Assembly: GCA_964599625.1 (NCBI GenBank)
Contig: CAZRGC010000002.1
Span: forward strand, 7,883 to 71,882
Length of the DNA: 64,000 bases
DNA from: an uncultured Gammaproteobacteria bacterium
GTDB lineage: Bacteria; Patescibacteriota; Microgenomatia; UBA8517
Reading direction: 5' to 3'
Of the stretch, positions 7,399 to 17,056 are shown piece by piece. Each line of letters begins with the position of its first letter. Positions within the stretch are counted from its first letter, which is position 1. Position numbers and translations under genes: made by a program. Under the pieces are notes generated by a model, which saw nothing but the letters and a program-made list of their open reading frames with translations, ran no database searches and was not told the DNA's origin.

Positions 7399-10006
7399 TC
7401 TTCTCGAGGTTTTGTTTCCAGTCGGTATTGTATTTATCGCTTCTTTTGTTTCTTACAAAAGTTTCACTTTTGACACTTGGCTTTTGGGTTGGGACGACCT
7501 TGTACCTGAACTCAACTACCAGCTGAATATTCAAAGAAGTCTGTCTGCTCCCTGGCAAGAATACCAAGGTCTTGGTTTGCTTGGGGGAATGGGGCATGCA
7601 GCGGATTTACCACGACAGTTAATATTGCTGGCGATATCGGTATTTACCAAAGTTTCTCTCGCAAGGTATATCTGGACTTTTCTGATGTTGGTTTTGGGTC
7701 CATTGGGCGTATTTTATTTCTTCAACAAAAAAGGCAAAAGTCTAAGCTTGAAACTTGCCGGAATAGCAGCCTCGGTGTTTTATATTTTCAATTACTCAAC
7801 ACTCCAAACATTCTTTACCCCATTTGAGACTTTTGTTACTTTCTATGGTTTTTTCCCCTGGCTAATTTTATTTGCACAGAAATATTTAAGAGAGGGTAGC
7901 AAATCATCGCTTGTTGCATTTGCGATCACTTCCGTTTTGGGTAGTACTTCGTTTTATGTTCAGACTTTATTTGTTGTTTATGTAATATTTTTGGCCGTTT
8001 TTTGTTTGGAGAGTTTGTTTTTGCATAAGCGGGGTTTAATTAGGTCGTTCATTCTTGGATTTGTGACTTTTGCTGTTTCTGCATATTGGTTTCTGCCCGT
8101 GGGATACTATGCACTTAAAAACTCAAATGTCCCAACCGAATCGCACATAAACTCAATCGCCACACCGGAAACTCAGCTTATGAATAAAGCTAGGGGTGAT
8201 TTTGCCAGTATAGCGACACTTAAAGGCTACTGGTTTGATTATTATGATTGGAATACGTCTGGTGAGTATACTTTGATGTATAAAGATTACATTTGGTATA
8301 CGTCGCAAAGATTGGTTGATATCTCACTTTTTGCATTGTTTATTTTGTCTTTGTTGGGAGCGGTTGCGAATTTGTTTTACAAAAATAACGATAAAGAATT
8401 CAGGTTATCAGTTCCGACACTTTTGTTTATTTGTTATTTTATGCTTGCGGGTGACAATAAACCTTTTGGATCTCTTTATTTATATTTACAAAATAGTTTT
8501 CCGGTTTTCGCAGAAATATTCAGAAATTCGTTTACAAAATGGTCCATACCTGCAAGCTTCTTGTACGCGCTTGGTATCGGGTATTTCATTTCACTTTTCT
8601 CAAGAATATTCAAAGGAAAGCTTGGGGTCTTTGTGAGTTTGGTTCTGGCATCAGTAGTAACTTTCATCTCTGTATTCACTTTGGCTCCGGCTTTGCGCGA
8701 AGGATTTGTATCAAAGACAATGAAAGTAGATCTGCCGGAAAGTTATCTGAATGTTGTTGATTATTTTAACCAAAGACCTGTAAACGGAAGGGTCGCAAGT
8801 TTTCCATTGGCAGATTTTTGGGGATGGAAATTTAACGAGTGGGGTTACCGGGGAAGCGGATATTTGTGGTATGGAATCAAACAGCCCATTTTGGATAGAG
8901 CTTTTGACGTTTGGAGCAAAAACAACGAGTTGGCCTACGAGGATTTGAAGTATGCTTTTGACTATGGCTCCGACGAAGATATCAGTAACGAACTCACAAA
9001 ATATCAAATAAAATATATCTTGTTTGATAAAAGTATTTATATCCCCGGCAATCCAAACTTTTCCAATTTTTCCCAAAAACAATATGCAAGGATTGAGTCT
9101 TTGCCGGGTGTTGTGAAGGATGCAACTTTTGGAGATTTGGTTATTTTTAAAACTGATCTTTTTAATACAAACAACTTTGTATCATCACCTTCGGTGTCAT
9201 ATTTACCAACCTGGGAATTTTCTGAAATTGGCAGACCCGAAATATCTGAGACTTTTTCCGGAAGCCAGGGATATAAAGAAGCACGAAACTGCAGTATTGA
9301 CGGAAGAGGGAGTGTTACAAAAGAAGTGAGAAGTCATGAATATGTTTATACTGCATTGGAAAGCGGTGTGTCGTGTGATTATTTTTATTATCCCGGACTT
9401 GATTACTCAAGAGCCTATGTACTAAGAATTAAAGGTAAAAATGTACAGGGAAGATCTCTTAAATTATATCTTTTTAATGTTGCCAGTGGCCGTGTGGACC
9501 TGGAGGAACTGTTGCCAACAGGGAGCTTTGACGAATATTACCGAATTTATCCAACCACCCATGAACAGTCTGGTGCGGATGGTTTTACATTGAATGTAGA
9601 AACCAGGTCTTTTGGAACTGTGTCTTCGGAAAACAGTATCGATACGATAGAGTTTTACCCGGTTAGTTATACAAAGTTTGAACCTGTTGAGTTGTCAAAT
9701 AGCTTAGAAATTAAAAATGTATCTAAATACGGAACCTGGGGATACAAAGTTCAAAAAGAGGGTTCTGGCTTAATGCAGTTGGGTCAGGGCTTTGATGAGA
9801 GCTGGTTGGCGTTTGGCATAGATCCTGATTCCTGGAAAATGCAGATTTATAAAAATCAAATTTTTAGTTCTTGGTCCAACTCTTGGGATTTGCCAAGATC
9901 ACCCGACACAGTTTATGTATTTTATTGGCCGCAACTTTTGGAGTGGGGAGGTATGATTTTGGGTGCTGTTGCTTTGGGTTGGCTACTAAAGAAGAGTAAA
10001 ACTTGA
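7352..10006 (+). CDS. large polytopic membrane protein, putative GT-C-fold or YfhO-like glycosyltransferase
   Basis: 884 aa; more than 12 predicted TM helices in the N-terminal 450 aa, large C-terminal soluble domain; overlaps the GT2 gene by 47 nt (likely operon); family assignment is inference. Confidence 0.55.
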   Translation: MNRLSLKKVFSWLKHNLLEVLFPVGIVFIASFVSYKSFTFDTWLLGWDDLVPELNYQLNIQRSLSAPWQEYQGLGLLGGMGHAADLPRQLILLAISVFTKVSLARYIWTFLMLVLGPLGVFYFFNKKGKSLSLKLAGIAASVFYIFNYSTLQTFFTPFETFVTFYGFFPWLILFAQKYLREGSKSSLVAFAITSVLGSTSFYVQTLFVVYVIFLAVFCLESLFLHKRGLIRSFILGFVTFAVSAYWFLPVGYYALKNSNVPTESHINSIATPETQLMNKARGDFASIATLKGYWFDYYDWNTSGEYTLMYKDYIWYTSQRLVDISLFALFILSLLGAVANLFYKNNDKEFRLSVPTLLFICYFMLAGDNKPFGSLYLYLQNSFPVFAEIFRNSFTKWSIPASFLYALGIGYFISLFSRIFKGKLGVFVSLVLASVVTFISVFTLAPALREGFVSKTMKVDLPESYLNVVDYFNQRPVNGRVASFPLADFWGWKFNEWGYRGSGYLWYGIKQPILDRAFDVWSKNNELAYEDLKYAFDYGSDEDISNELTKYQIKYILFDKSIYIPGNPNFSNFSQKQYARIESLPGVVKDATFGDLVIFKTDLFNTNNFVSSPSVSYLPTWEFSEIGRPEISETFSGSQGYKEARNCSIDGRGSVTKEVRSHEYVYTALESGVSCDYFYYPGLDYSRAYVLRIKGKNVQGRSLKLYLFNVASGRVDLEELLPTGSFDEYYRIYPTTHEQSGADGFTLNVETRSFGTVSSENSIDTIEFYPVSYTKFEPVELSNSLEIKNVSKYGTWGYKVQKEGSGLMQLGQGFDESWLAFGIDPDSWKMQIYKNQIFSSWSNSWDLPRSPDTVYVFYWPQLLEWGGMILGAVALGWLLKKSKT

Positions 10007-10186
10007 CACCCCATAGTTTATATGATATAATTCAAGTCTACTTCGGAGGGTTTAGACCTCCATTTTTGCGGAGCCTTTAAGCCCTCCGGAGAGAAATTTT
10101 TACTTTCGAAGTATTAAAATACGGCAGATCCGAGTATTTGTGCCTAATAGGTACGACTGCTCAGGTTTGCCGTTTTTTTTGTGGTT

Positions 10187-10558
10187 TTAACTGATTGAGA
10201 AGTGTGATTGAAGATCTAGTTTTGCTGCTATTGCTCTAAGCTCACTCCAGGCTGTTTCCTCGTCTTCGTACCTGTGGTTCCGTCTGGATTCACCAAGACG
10301 TGTCCAATTTTGGTTCCAGAGCTCCCATAATGGGTTTTTGGGGTGCATGTCAGCCATACCCTTGTGACTGGCTATTTCCACAGAAAGGTGGCTTAAACGC
10401 TCCTCCAAAAGCTCTATGTTGCTATTTACCTCCAAACTTTCAATATCTTTTTGCCTTGTTTGCCACAAAAGTCTTGTGACTGTCAGGTATTCTGTGTGGG
10501 TATTTTGGATAAACGATGAATTTACCAATCTTTCCTTTTCCATGGCTGAATTATACAC
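10187..10558 (-). CDS. hypothetical protein
   Basis: 123-aa ORF with balanced composition; no motif recognised. Confidence 0.4.
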   Translation of the reverse strand: MYNSAMEKERLVNSSFIQNTHTEYLTVTRLLWQTRQKDIESLEVNSNIELLEERLSHLSVEIASHKGMADMHPKNPLWELWNQNWTRLGESRRNHRYEDEETAWSELRAIAAKLDLQSHFSIS

Positions 10559-10586
10559 CTATGGGCTATTTTTTCCAAAAAAAACA

Positions 10587-10631
10587 GCCCCCGGGTGTAG
10601 TTCGCACGAAGCGAAAAACAACCACGGGGGC
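10587..10631 (-). terminator. GC hairpin followed by U-run on the minus strand (terminator-like, long loop)
   Basis: gcccccg/cgggggc 7-bp stem with about 31-nt loop; A8 on the plus strand (U-run on minus) immediately downstream of gene 10696..11508. Confidence 0.3.
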
Positions 10632-10695
10632 CAGTTTGTATCGGGTAGGAGCGTAAGAATCCCATTAAACTTAGGCTCACTCTGATCCAAACAAA

Positions 10696-11508
10696 CTACT
10701 TACTTTCAAGCTCGCGCTTGAGACGTTCGATCTCCTCGTAAAGCTGGGAGACAGGCACGGGCGAAACGTGACCATGATTCTGGGCAAAGTCCCAAAGGCC
10801 GGCTTTAACAAGGCTGTCTTTGGTGTCCGGAAACTGATCCAGTCTGTGTGCACCGCCGCGCATGATCGTGTCATCGTCCAACACCAAGATGGTGTTTTCT
10901 CCAGCAAAGGGAACAGACACGGTCGGGAAGGCTGTCTCCACCCATTGACGATTGGCCACTTGCCAGCCTTCGATTTGGGGGGTGACGTTTGCGGGAACCG
11001 CAAAGCCCGACTTCTTGAGAGCGCGGATTGCCGCATCAGCCATATCTTCGCCTGCGTTTGCCCATGTGCCGGGAATCGATTCTTCGATCTCTCTGCCGGC
11101 TTTCCCTGTATCGGGATTCACAATCACGGGGCGCAGTTCTTTGACCGAGCGTACATACAGTCCATCTTTGCCTTCGCCAGTCACAACGACCATGACCGAT
11201 GGAGTCGCATGACCCCAGAATTCGGGTGTGGGGCCGTCGCTGATCACAATGGCGTCAAAATTGTATTCGACAACATTGCCGTTTTCGTCAACCTTGACAT
11301 ATGCCATGTGGCGGCGGGTGCCCCAAGGGTTCCAGAAACCTGCAAAGTCGACGAGGACCGTCAACCAAAGCGGGATCTGAACCTTGATGGTCCAGCGGCG
11401 GAAAAGCGTAACGACGGCGTGCCAACCATTTTTCCCAATGGTGGCGCGATTCTTCCAGAGAAGGTTAAAGGGCACCTTGTGGAAGGGGATAACGATTTGA
11501 GTATTCAT
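10696..11508 (-). CDS. hypothetical protein (G+C-rich island), C-terminal coiled coil
   Basis: 270-aa ORF with protein-like composition ending SQLYEEIERLKRELESK; the antisense 253-aa ORF is Cys/His/Arg-rich and judged spurious. Confidence 0.5.
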   Translation of the reverse strand: MNTQIVIPFHKVPFNLLWKNRATIGKNGWHAVVTLFRRWTIKVQIPLWLTVLVDFAGFWNPWGTRRHMAYVKVDENGNVVEYNFDAIVISDGPTPEFWGHATPSVMVVVTGEGKDGLYVRSVKELRPVIVNPDTGKAGREIEESIPGTWANAGEDMADAAIRALKKSGFAVPANVTPQIEGWQVANRQWVETAFPTVSVPFAGENTILVLDDDTIMRGGAHRLDQFPDTKDSLVKAGLWDFAQNHGHVSPVPVSQLYEEIERLKRELESK

Positions 11509-11622
11509 TTTACTAGCTCCTGTTTTTGACAGCGCGTCTTCGGAATCTTCAATTCCTAAATTCGCGTAAAGCTAGAATCACCGGACTTCAACCGATGAAT
11601 GGGATTTTTTTGATGAAAGCGG

Positions 11623-12498
11623 TTAAAGCTCCGCTTCGGGTTCGGGTAAAAGATGTGGGAATTGCCGGCCCCAGAGGGAGAGGAATCTCGACCATATTGA
11701 TGTCGAATAATTTTCTCCGAAAAACGCCAGCTTTTCTTCATCATCCTTAAGGTGTGCGTTGAGGTATTTAGCAACTGTTTCGATCTCAAAAACCATCGGA
11801 CTGCTTACCAAATCATGCCCATCGAAATCCTCGGGTTTCTCTCCGGGGTATTCCTGCATAATTTTTGCGTCCGTAAGAAGTTTCTGAATATCTTCTTTTT
11901 GCATTTCCTCTTTAAGCTCTACTGTAACCAGGTGGTAGGAGATCATGTTTGCGAACTGTGCGTTGTTCTCCCATACCGGTTTGCCCATTTTGTGTTCTGT
12001 AACTTGGGTGACGTTTGAGCTTTCGGCAAGGCCCGGGTAATCGCGGTTAAAAAGTGCGAGTCCCTGGCTGACTTCCGAATCCTTGATCCAGCCTCTTGAG
12101 AATTCGATAAAAAGATCCTTGCCGGCGAACTGATACTTTCTTCTGGCCAGCGCGAACCACTTGAACGAACCTCTATAAGGCACTTTAAGCAACACCATGC
12201 AAACTGCAGTGTTGGGCCCAAAACGCACGACCTGAGTCGTGTCTTCCTTTTTTTGGGGTGACAATACTCTGAATTGTACCCATCTGAGATTAAGATCTTT
12301 GAAGCTGAACTGAGCATTTATTGGGTCCTGAAAACGGATTTGCATCTCGTTTTTTCCGGTACCAACTTTGTCTGCCCAGGCACCCCATTTTCCCAAAGAA
12401 GCACTAACTTCCTTGAGAAGATCTTCACGCCAATGAGAGTTACCCTCTGTGTGGCGTTTTTCCTCAGCCAGGTACGGCTTTGGATAATTGCTTTTCAT
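11623..12498 (-). CDS. hypothetical protein (G+C-rich island)
   Basis: 291-aa ORF; no motif recognised. Confidence 0.5.
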   Translation of the reverse strand: MKSNYPKPYLAEEKRHTEGNSHWREDLLKEVSASLGKWGAWADKVGTGKNEMQIRFQDPINAQFSFKDLNLRWVQFRVLSPQKKEDTTQVVRFGPNTAVCMVLLKVPYRGSFKWFALARRKYQFAGKDLFIEFSRGWIKDSEVSQGLALFNRDYPGLAESSNVTQVTEHKMGKPVWENNAQFANMISYHLVTVELKEEMQKEDIQKLLTDAKIMQEYPGEKPEDFDGHDLVSSPMVFEIETVAKYLNAHLKDDEEKLAFFGENYSTSIWSRFLSLWGRQFPHLLPEPEAEL

Positions 12499-12689
12499 TG
12501 TTTCCTTCCTCCGTCGTCAACGGATGGATGTAATAAATCTCTCCCAGAGGCTTCATCCTCTTGGGGGAGTTGGTGTGAACGTGCTTTTGGATTCAATATA
12601 ATCCGTACGTGCATTCTACCATCTGCGGCCTCAAAAGTCAAACATTATGGGATTTAAAACCCTGTTCTAAAATGGCCTTTTGCAAACAG

Positions 12690-12717
12690 TTGACACGCTC
12701 TCAAATTAGGCTATACT
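12690..12717 (+). promoter_or_regulatory. sigma70-like promoter upstream of rho
   Basis: TTGACA (12690-12695), 16-nt spacer, TATACT (12712-12717); about 90-nt leader to the rho ATG. Confidence 0.4.
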
Positions 12718-12811
12718 AATACTTGTACTTACAAGAAAGTATTTCTTCCGTTTTTTCCGAACAGTGCTAGAAAATATTCTTTTTTTATAAATAATTTTGA
12801 CTTAAAAGATC

Positions 12812-14122
12812 ATGGCTTTGAAAAAAACCACAACAACTGCCGATGCAAACGTACAATCGTTAGTCGGTGCACCCCAGGACGCAGGAGCATTGCCTCCCGC
12901 GCCTGTTGCAATGGTCGAGGCGACACCAAATCCTTTGGTTGTTGATGACAGAATGATCCCGGACGCAGGACTTCCTACTGATTTTGTTGAGGGAGTTTTG
13001 GACATTGCCAACGAAGGATCAGGACTTTTGAGACCTTCACATTTTGCGCCAAGCGATCACGACGTGTATATTTCTTCTTCGCAAATCAGAAGATTCAATT
13101 TGAGAGTGGGGGATGTTGTTGGCGGACAGGCAAGACGCCCCAAAGAAAACGAAAGATATTGGGGTCTTTTGAAAGTGGAAAAGGTAAACGGTGAGCCTGT
13201 TGAGAGCTTGGGCAATAGAGCCATATTCGACGACATGGTGGCTATTTATCCGGATGAACAAATCAATTTGTCGACCGACAAAGATACATTAACTACTAGA
13301 ATGATAGATTTAGTCGCTCCAATTGGATTTGGACAAAGGGCGTTGATTGTTGCTCCTCCGAAAGCAGGAAAAACATGGCTTATCAAAGATATTATTTCGG
13401 GAATCGCAAATAACTATCCCGAAGACGGCAAAGACAAGGCAAGGAAAGTTCATGTAATGGCGGTCCTTATTGGCGAACGCCCCGAAGAAGTAACTGATAT
13501 TCAAAGAAAGATGAGAGACGTTACAAACGGACACGGTGAAGTTGCAGCATCAAACTTTGACGAAGCACCACAAGACCAAACAAGAGTAGGGGAACTTGCA
13601 CTTGAGCGCGCAAAGAGGCTTGTGGAAATGGGACGCGACGTTGTTATAGTTTTGGATTCCATCACAAGAATGGCAAGAGCATACAATTTAGCTCTTCCTA
13701 CTTCAGGACGTACACTTTCGGGAGGTTTTGATCCAATGGCACTTTTCCCGGCCAAAAAATTCTTTGGTGCAGCCAGAAAAATTGAAAATGCAGGGTCATT
13801 GACCATTATCGGAACCTGTTTAATTGATACAGGATCCAGAATGGACGATCTTATTTATGAGGAGTTCAAGGGTACGGGCAATATGGAACTTCACCTTAAT
13901 AGGAAACTTGCCGAAAGAAGAATTTATCCTGCAATTGATATCGGTAAATCGGGAACAAGACAAGACGAGCTCCTTTTTGGAATGGCAAAACTTAAAAAAG
14001 TTAATACTTTAAGGCGCATGTTGGACTTAATGGGGGAGGACGAAAGAACAGAAGCCTTAACTTCCAGGCTTGATAAAACAGAAACAAACGACGAGTTTTT
14101 GGAAACCCTCAAGACTGCTTAA
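12812..14122 (+). CDS. rho: transcription termination factor Rho
   Basis: SSQIRRFNLRVGD, Walker A APPKAGKT, VLDSITRMARAYN, LIDTGSRMDDLIYEEFKGTGNMELHL; N-terminal 60 aa are low-complexity and unlike the canonical Rho N-terminal helix bundle. Confidence 0.9.
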   Translation: MALKKTTTTADANVQSLVGAPQDAGALPPAPVAMVEATPNPLVVDDRMIPDAGLPTDFVEGVLDIANEGSGLLRPSHFAPSDHDVYISSSQIRRFNLRVGDVVGGQARRPKENERYWGLLKVEKVNGEPVESLGNRAIFDDMVAIYPDEQINLSTDKDTLTTRMIDLVAPIGFGQRALIVAPPKAGKTWLIKDIISGIANNYPEDGKDKARKVHVMAVLIGERPEEVTDIQRKMRDVTNGHGEVAASNFDEAPQDQTRVGELALERAKRLVEMGRDVVIVLDSITRMARAYNLALPTSGRTLSGGFDPMALFPAKKFFGAARKIENAGSLTIIGTCLIDTGSRMDDLIYEEFKGTGNMELHLNRKLAERRIYPAIDIGKSGTRQDELLFGMAKLKKVNTLRRMLDLMGEDERTEALTSRLDKTETNDEFLETLKTA

Positions 14123-14307
14123 CTGACTAGCGTGTTTATTTTCCCCAGAGATATGTTGTCAATATGCTTCGTTTAAAAATCGAATACATTTTTTGAACTC
14201 ACTAATTATTTGATTCAGATTTGTTAATATGGTATCGTCTAAATCGATAAATTAAAGTTAAAAAGATCAAAAATAGATCTTCTTGTAGTAGGGAACAGTA
14301 ACAAACA

Positions 14308-15402
14308 ATGGACGATACATTCGAGATATTAATTGCATTGTGGGAGGATATAAAAGACTTCTCCTACGAGCTTACAAAATATATTTTTAAAAGTCTTCAT
14401 ATTAGTTTCTTACGGTTCGAAGAAAAGAAAGGTGTTTTTGTTACAGCACTTTATAGGCAACGCGGAAAACTCTCCAGACGTTTAACTCATTCAGGAATGG
14501 CAGCGATAACTGCGCTTGGTGTAGTTATGGCGCCGATGATAGCACAGGAATTTCCTGGAAGAAGTGTAAACCCCTGGGAGATTGCCTCGGCCCCTGCAGT
14601 GCTTTCCGCATCCACCGATGATCCGGGAATTGATACACAAGTATCTAGTAAAGTAAGAGATAGCATCATTGAATATAAAGTTCAAGAAGGAGATACCATA
14701 AAATCAATCGCGCAAAAATTCGACATTTCGGAAAGCTCTATAAAATGGCAGAACGGGCTTACCAACGACAAAATAAAAATAGGGCAGACGTTAAAAATTC
14801 TTCCCGTTACGGGCATTGCCCACAAAGTCCAAAAAGGCGACACGGTTTACTCTATTGCCAAAAAATACGATTCAGAGTCTCAGGCGGTTGTAGACTTTCC
14901 GTTTAACAGTTTTGCAAACGACGAGACGTTTGAGCTTGCAGTTGGACAGACAATAATTGTTCCCGATGGTGTAATGCCTGCAGCAGCAGTTGCTTCACCA
15001 AGCAGACGCCAGATTACACCCGATGCCGGAACTGTGGTTGCTTCAGGACAGTTTGTCTGGCCTACACAAGGTGTAATCAGTCAGAGATATGCATGGTACC
15101 ATCCTGGAATCGACGTTGCCAATCCTTCAATGCCTGGTGTCGTTGCGGCTGACTCAGGCAAGGTAATATACGCAGGTTGGGATGCAACAGGTTACGGAAA
15201 CATGGTACTTATAGATCACGGAAACGGTTACAGGACACGCTACGGACACTTGAGCCAGATATTTGTAATAAGTGGTCAATCGGTATCCCGTGGATCTTCG
15301 GTGGGAAGAATGGGGAGCACTGGGCGTTCTACAGGGCCACATCTACATTTTGAGATTTATCTTAACGGAACCAGGCTAAACCCGTTGAACTATTTGAGAT
15401 AA
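14308..15402 (+). CDS. LysM-domain M23 family metallopeptidase
   Basis: Two LysM repeats (YKVQEGDTIKSIAQKF; HKVQKGDTVYSIAKKY) and M23 motifs (HPGIDVA ... GSTGRSTGPHLHFE). Confidence 0.85.
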   Translation: MDDTFEILIALWEDIKDFSYELTKYIFKSLHISFLRFEEKKGVFVTALYRQRGKLSRRLTHSGMAAITALGVVMAPMIAQEFPGRSVNPWEIASAPAVLSASTDDPGIDTQVSSKVRDSIIEYKVQEGDTIKSIAQKFDISESSIKWQNGLTNDKIKIGQTLKILPVTGIAHKVQKGDTVYSIAKKYDSESQAVVDFPFNSFANDETFELAVGQTIIVPDGVMPAAAVASPSRRQITPDAGTVVASGQFVWPTQGVISQRYAWYHPGIDVANPSMPGVVAADSGKVIYAGWDATGYGNMVLIDHGNGYRTRYGHLSQIFVISGQSVSRGSSVGRMGSTGRSTGPHLHFEIYLNGTRLNPLNYLR

Positions 15403-15406
15403 CAAT

Positions 15407-16156
15407 CTAATCTTCGGGGAAGTAAGTAAAACCAAAAGCCGTTAAAAATCCGGATATTGCAAACAAAATATCACTTATATCTCCGTTCCAATACGTGCCA
15501 ATAGCAGAAGTGTAAGAGAAAATTGTATCAGCGGTTGCCAGCATAATAAACCCAAATACAAAATAAAGAATGTATGGGTGTTTGCTTATTCCTTCCTCGG
15601 TTCTCAGGACTATGAGGGCTGCAGCTGTAAGCATTGAGTCGGCCATCAGATAGACAAAATTTAACATGTTAGTGGGGTCAAAAAAACCAATTCCTGCACT
15701 ATTTTGATATATAAATTGATATAAAATACCAAAAAATATTAGAAAAACTGTAAGGCCTTCCCACAACATTCTTTTTGTCATCTTTTCACCAACCGCCTTA
15801 ATCAAAAATATTATTCCGGCAATTGTTCCGGGGTAAAAAATCAGAAATGAGGCATCTGCCCAAGACGGATAGGGCATCTCCACTTTCAAAAAAATGTTGT
15901 AGTAAGACCAAACCAATAACCCGATTCCATAAAACGAGTTTCCAATTCCAAAAAACAGCGCTGACTTTTTTAGGTTTTGATTTTCGTTTATCTTTGAATA
16001 TTTTACAAAAGCAGTGATGGCGCCAATAAAGAACAGTAGGGAGTAGATAACGTTGACGTAGTAGTTAATGTCTCCCGTTTTAGATCCAAGCGTGTATATC
16101 TGAGCTTCAACGGCAGCAACTGCCAACAATACTAAAATTAAAATCCACCTGATCAT
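15407..16156 (-). CDS. polytopic membrane protein (7-8 TM, hypothetical)
   Basis: 249 aa, highly hydrophobic; no catalytic motif. Confidence 0.5.
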   Translation of the reverse strand: MIRWILILVLLAVAAVEAQIYTLGSKTGDINYYVNVIYSLLFFIGAITAFVKYSKINENQNLKKSALFFGIGNSFYGIGLLVWSYYNIFLKVEMPYPSWADASFLIFYPGTIAGIIFLIKAVGEKMTKRMLWEGLTVFLIFFGILYQFIYQNSAGIGFFDPTNMLNFVYLMADSMLTAAALIVLRTEEGISKHPYILYFVFGFIMLATADTIFSYTSAIGTYWNGDISDILFAISGFLTAFGFTYFPED

Positions 16157-16207
16157 GTCTAAATATTTCCATACAAATCTGGGTTAGTCAATTGCGCTAT
16201 AATTTTA

Positions 16208-16756
16208 TTGATGAAAAAGCCTGCCGTGTCATTGGATATTATTGTTCTTTGTATTTCACTGTTTGTAACTTATCTTGCCTGGCGGGTTACTTATATTTTT
16301 CCCCAAGAACAGATACCACTTTATGTTTTTATAATTGGAGTTACTGCCAGTTTCTTTTTGTTCGGTATGGTTTTTTTTCTGACCCGTGCCCAGCTAAAAT
16401 CACAGGAACTGGACATAGAAAGGGCCAGACTTTTGGCTGCAATTGACATTATCCCCATAGGCATTGCAATTACGGATATAAACGGAAATATAGTTCTTTC
16501 CAATTTTGGCCTTTCGGAAGTATTGGGAGAGGTGGGGGTTACCTGGACACTTCAATCTATGAACGATAGGCTATCTGTTTCTGTTGACCTTATGGATTCC
16601 TATAAAACTGCACTGGAAGAAAGACGCACAGTAAGTTGGAAGAAAGTTAATTTTGAAGGAAGAAAGTTGGATATATACTTAAGCCCAATATATTCCTCAG
16701 AGGAGAAGGGCGTGTTTGGAGTGCTTATCTGTATAACCGACGTCACAAGAGCTTAA
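16208..16756 (+). CDS. membrane-anchored PAS-domain protein
   Basis: Two N-terminal TM helices then a PAS-like fold (IDIIPIGIAITDINGNIVLSN ... ICITDVTRA). Confidence 0.5.
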   Translation: MMKKPAVSLDIIVLCISLFVTYLAWRVTYIFPQEQIPLYVFIIGVTASFFLFGMVFFLTRAQLKSQELDIERARLLAAIDIIPIGIAITDINGNIVLSNFGLSEVLGEVGVTWTLQSMNDRLSVSVDLMDSYKTALEERRTVSWKKVNFEGRKLDIYLSPIYSSEEKGVFGVLICITDVTRA

Positions 16757-16811
16757 GTGAGGTTAAAGACTACATTTTTTAGTATAATTCAGGAAGTTTC
16801 CAGTTAAATAT

Positions 16812-16882
16812 GGGCTCGTAGTTAAATGGTATAACGTATCATTCGCATTGATATGTTGGCGGTTCGATTCCGCCCGAGTCCA
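16812..16882 (+). tRNA. tRNA-Ala (anticodon CGC), CCA not encoded
   Basis: Acceptor stem GGGCTCG/CGAGTCC with one G-U pair; anticodon stem TATCA/TGATA with loop TTCGCAT; T-arm GGCGG-TTCGATT-CCGCC. Confidence 0.7.
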
Positions 16883-16885
16883 CAA

Positions 16886-16929
16886 GTTCGATTCCCTGCC
16901 TGCCGGCAGGCAGGCGCCCGAGTCCACCA
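16886..16929 (+). repeat. direct duplicate of the tRNA-Ala T-loop/3' acceptor with an inserted 20-nt perfect palindrome, ending CCA
   Basis: gttcgattcc + cctgcctgccggcaggcagg + cgcccgagtccacca; matches tRNA positions 16862-16883. Confidence 0.6.
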
Positions 16930-16940
16930 GGGTAGGGAAA

Positions 16941-17052
16941 AGTGATTAGGGATTGGTGAATAGTTGGAAACAAAAAATATTTTTCTAGAATGATCAGTGA
17001 GCGTCGATTAGTAATCAGTAACTAATCACTATTCACTAATATCTAATCACTA
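16941..17052. repeat. inverted-repeat pair of the AGTGATTAGGG / CTAATCACT family enclosing about 55 nt (empty cassette)
   Basis: agtgattagggattggtgaatag (16941-16963) versus ctaatcactattcactaatatctaatcact (17023-17052). Confidence 0.55.
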
Positions 17053-17056
17053 TCGT

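Noticed and set aside
10768-11529. 253-aa plus-strand ORF antisense to 10696..11508
   Set aside because: Its Cys/His/Arg/Gly-rich composition is typical of a spurious ORF in GC-rich DNA. The minus-strand product has balanced composition and a C-terminal coiled coil.
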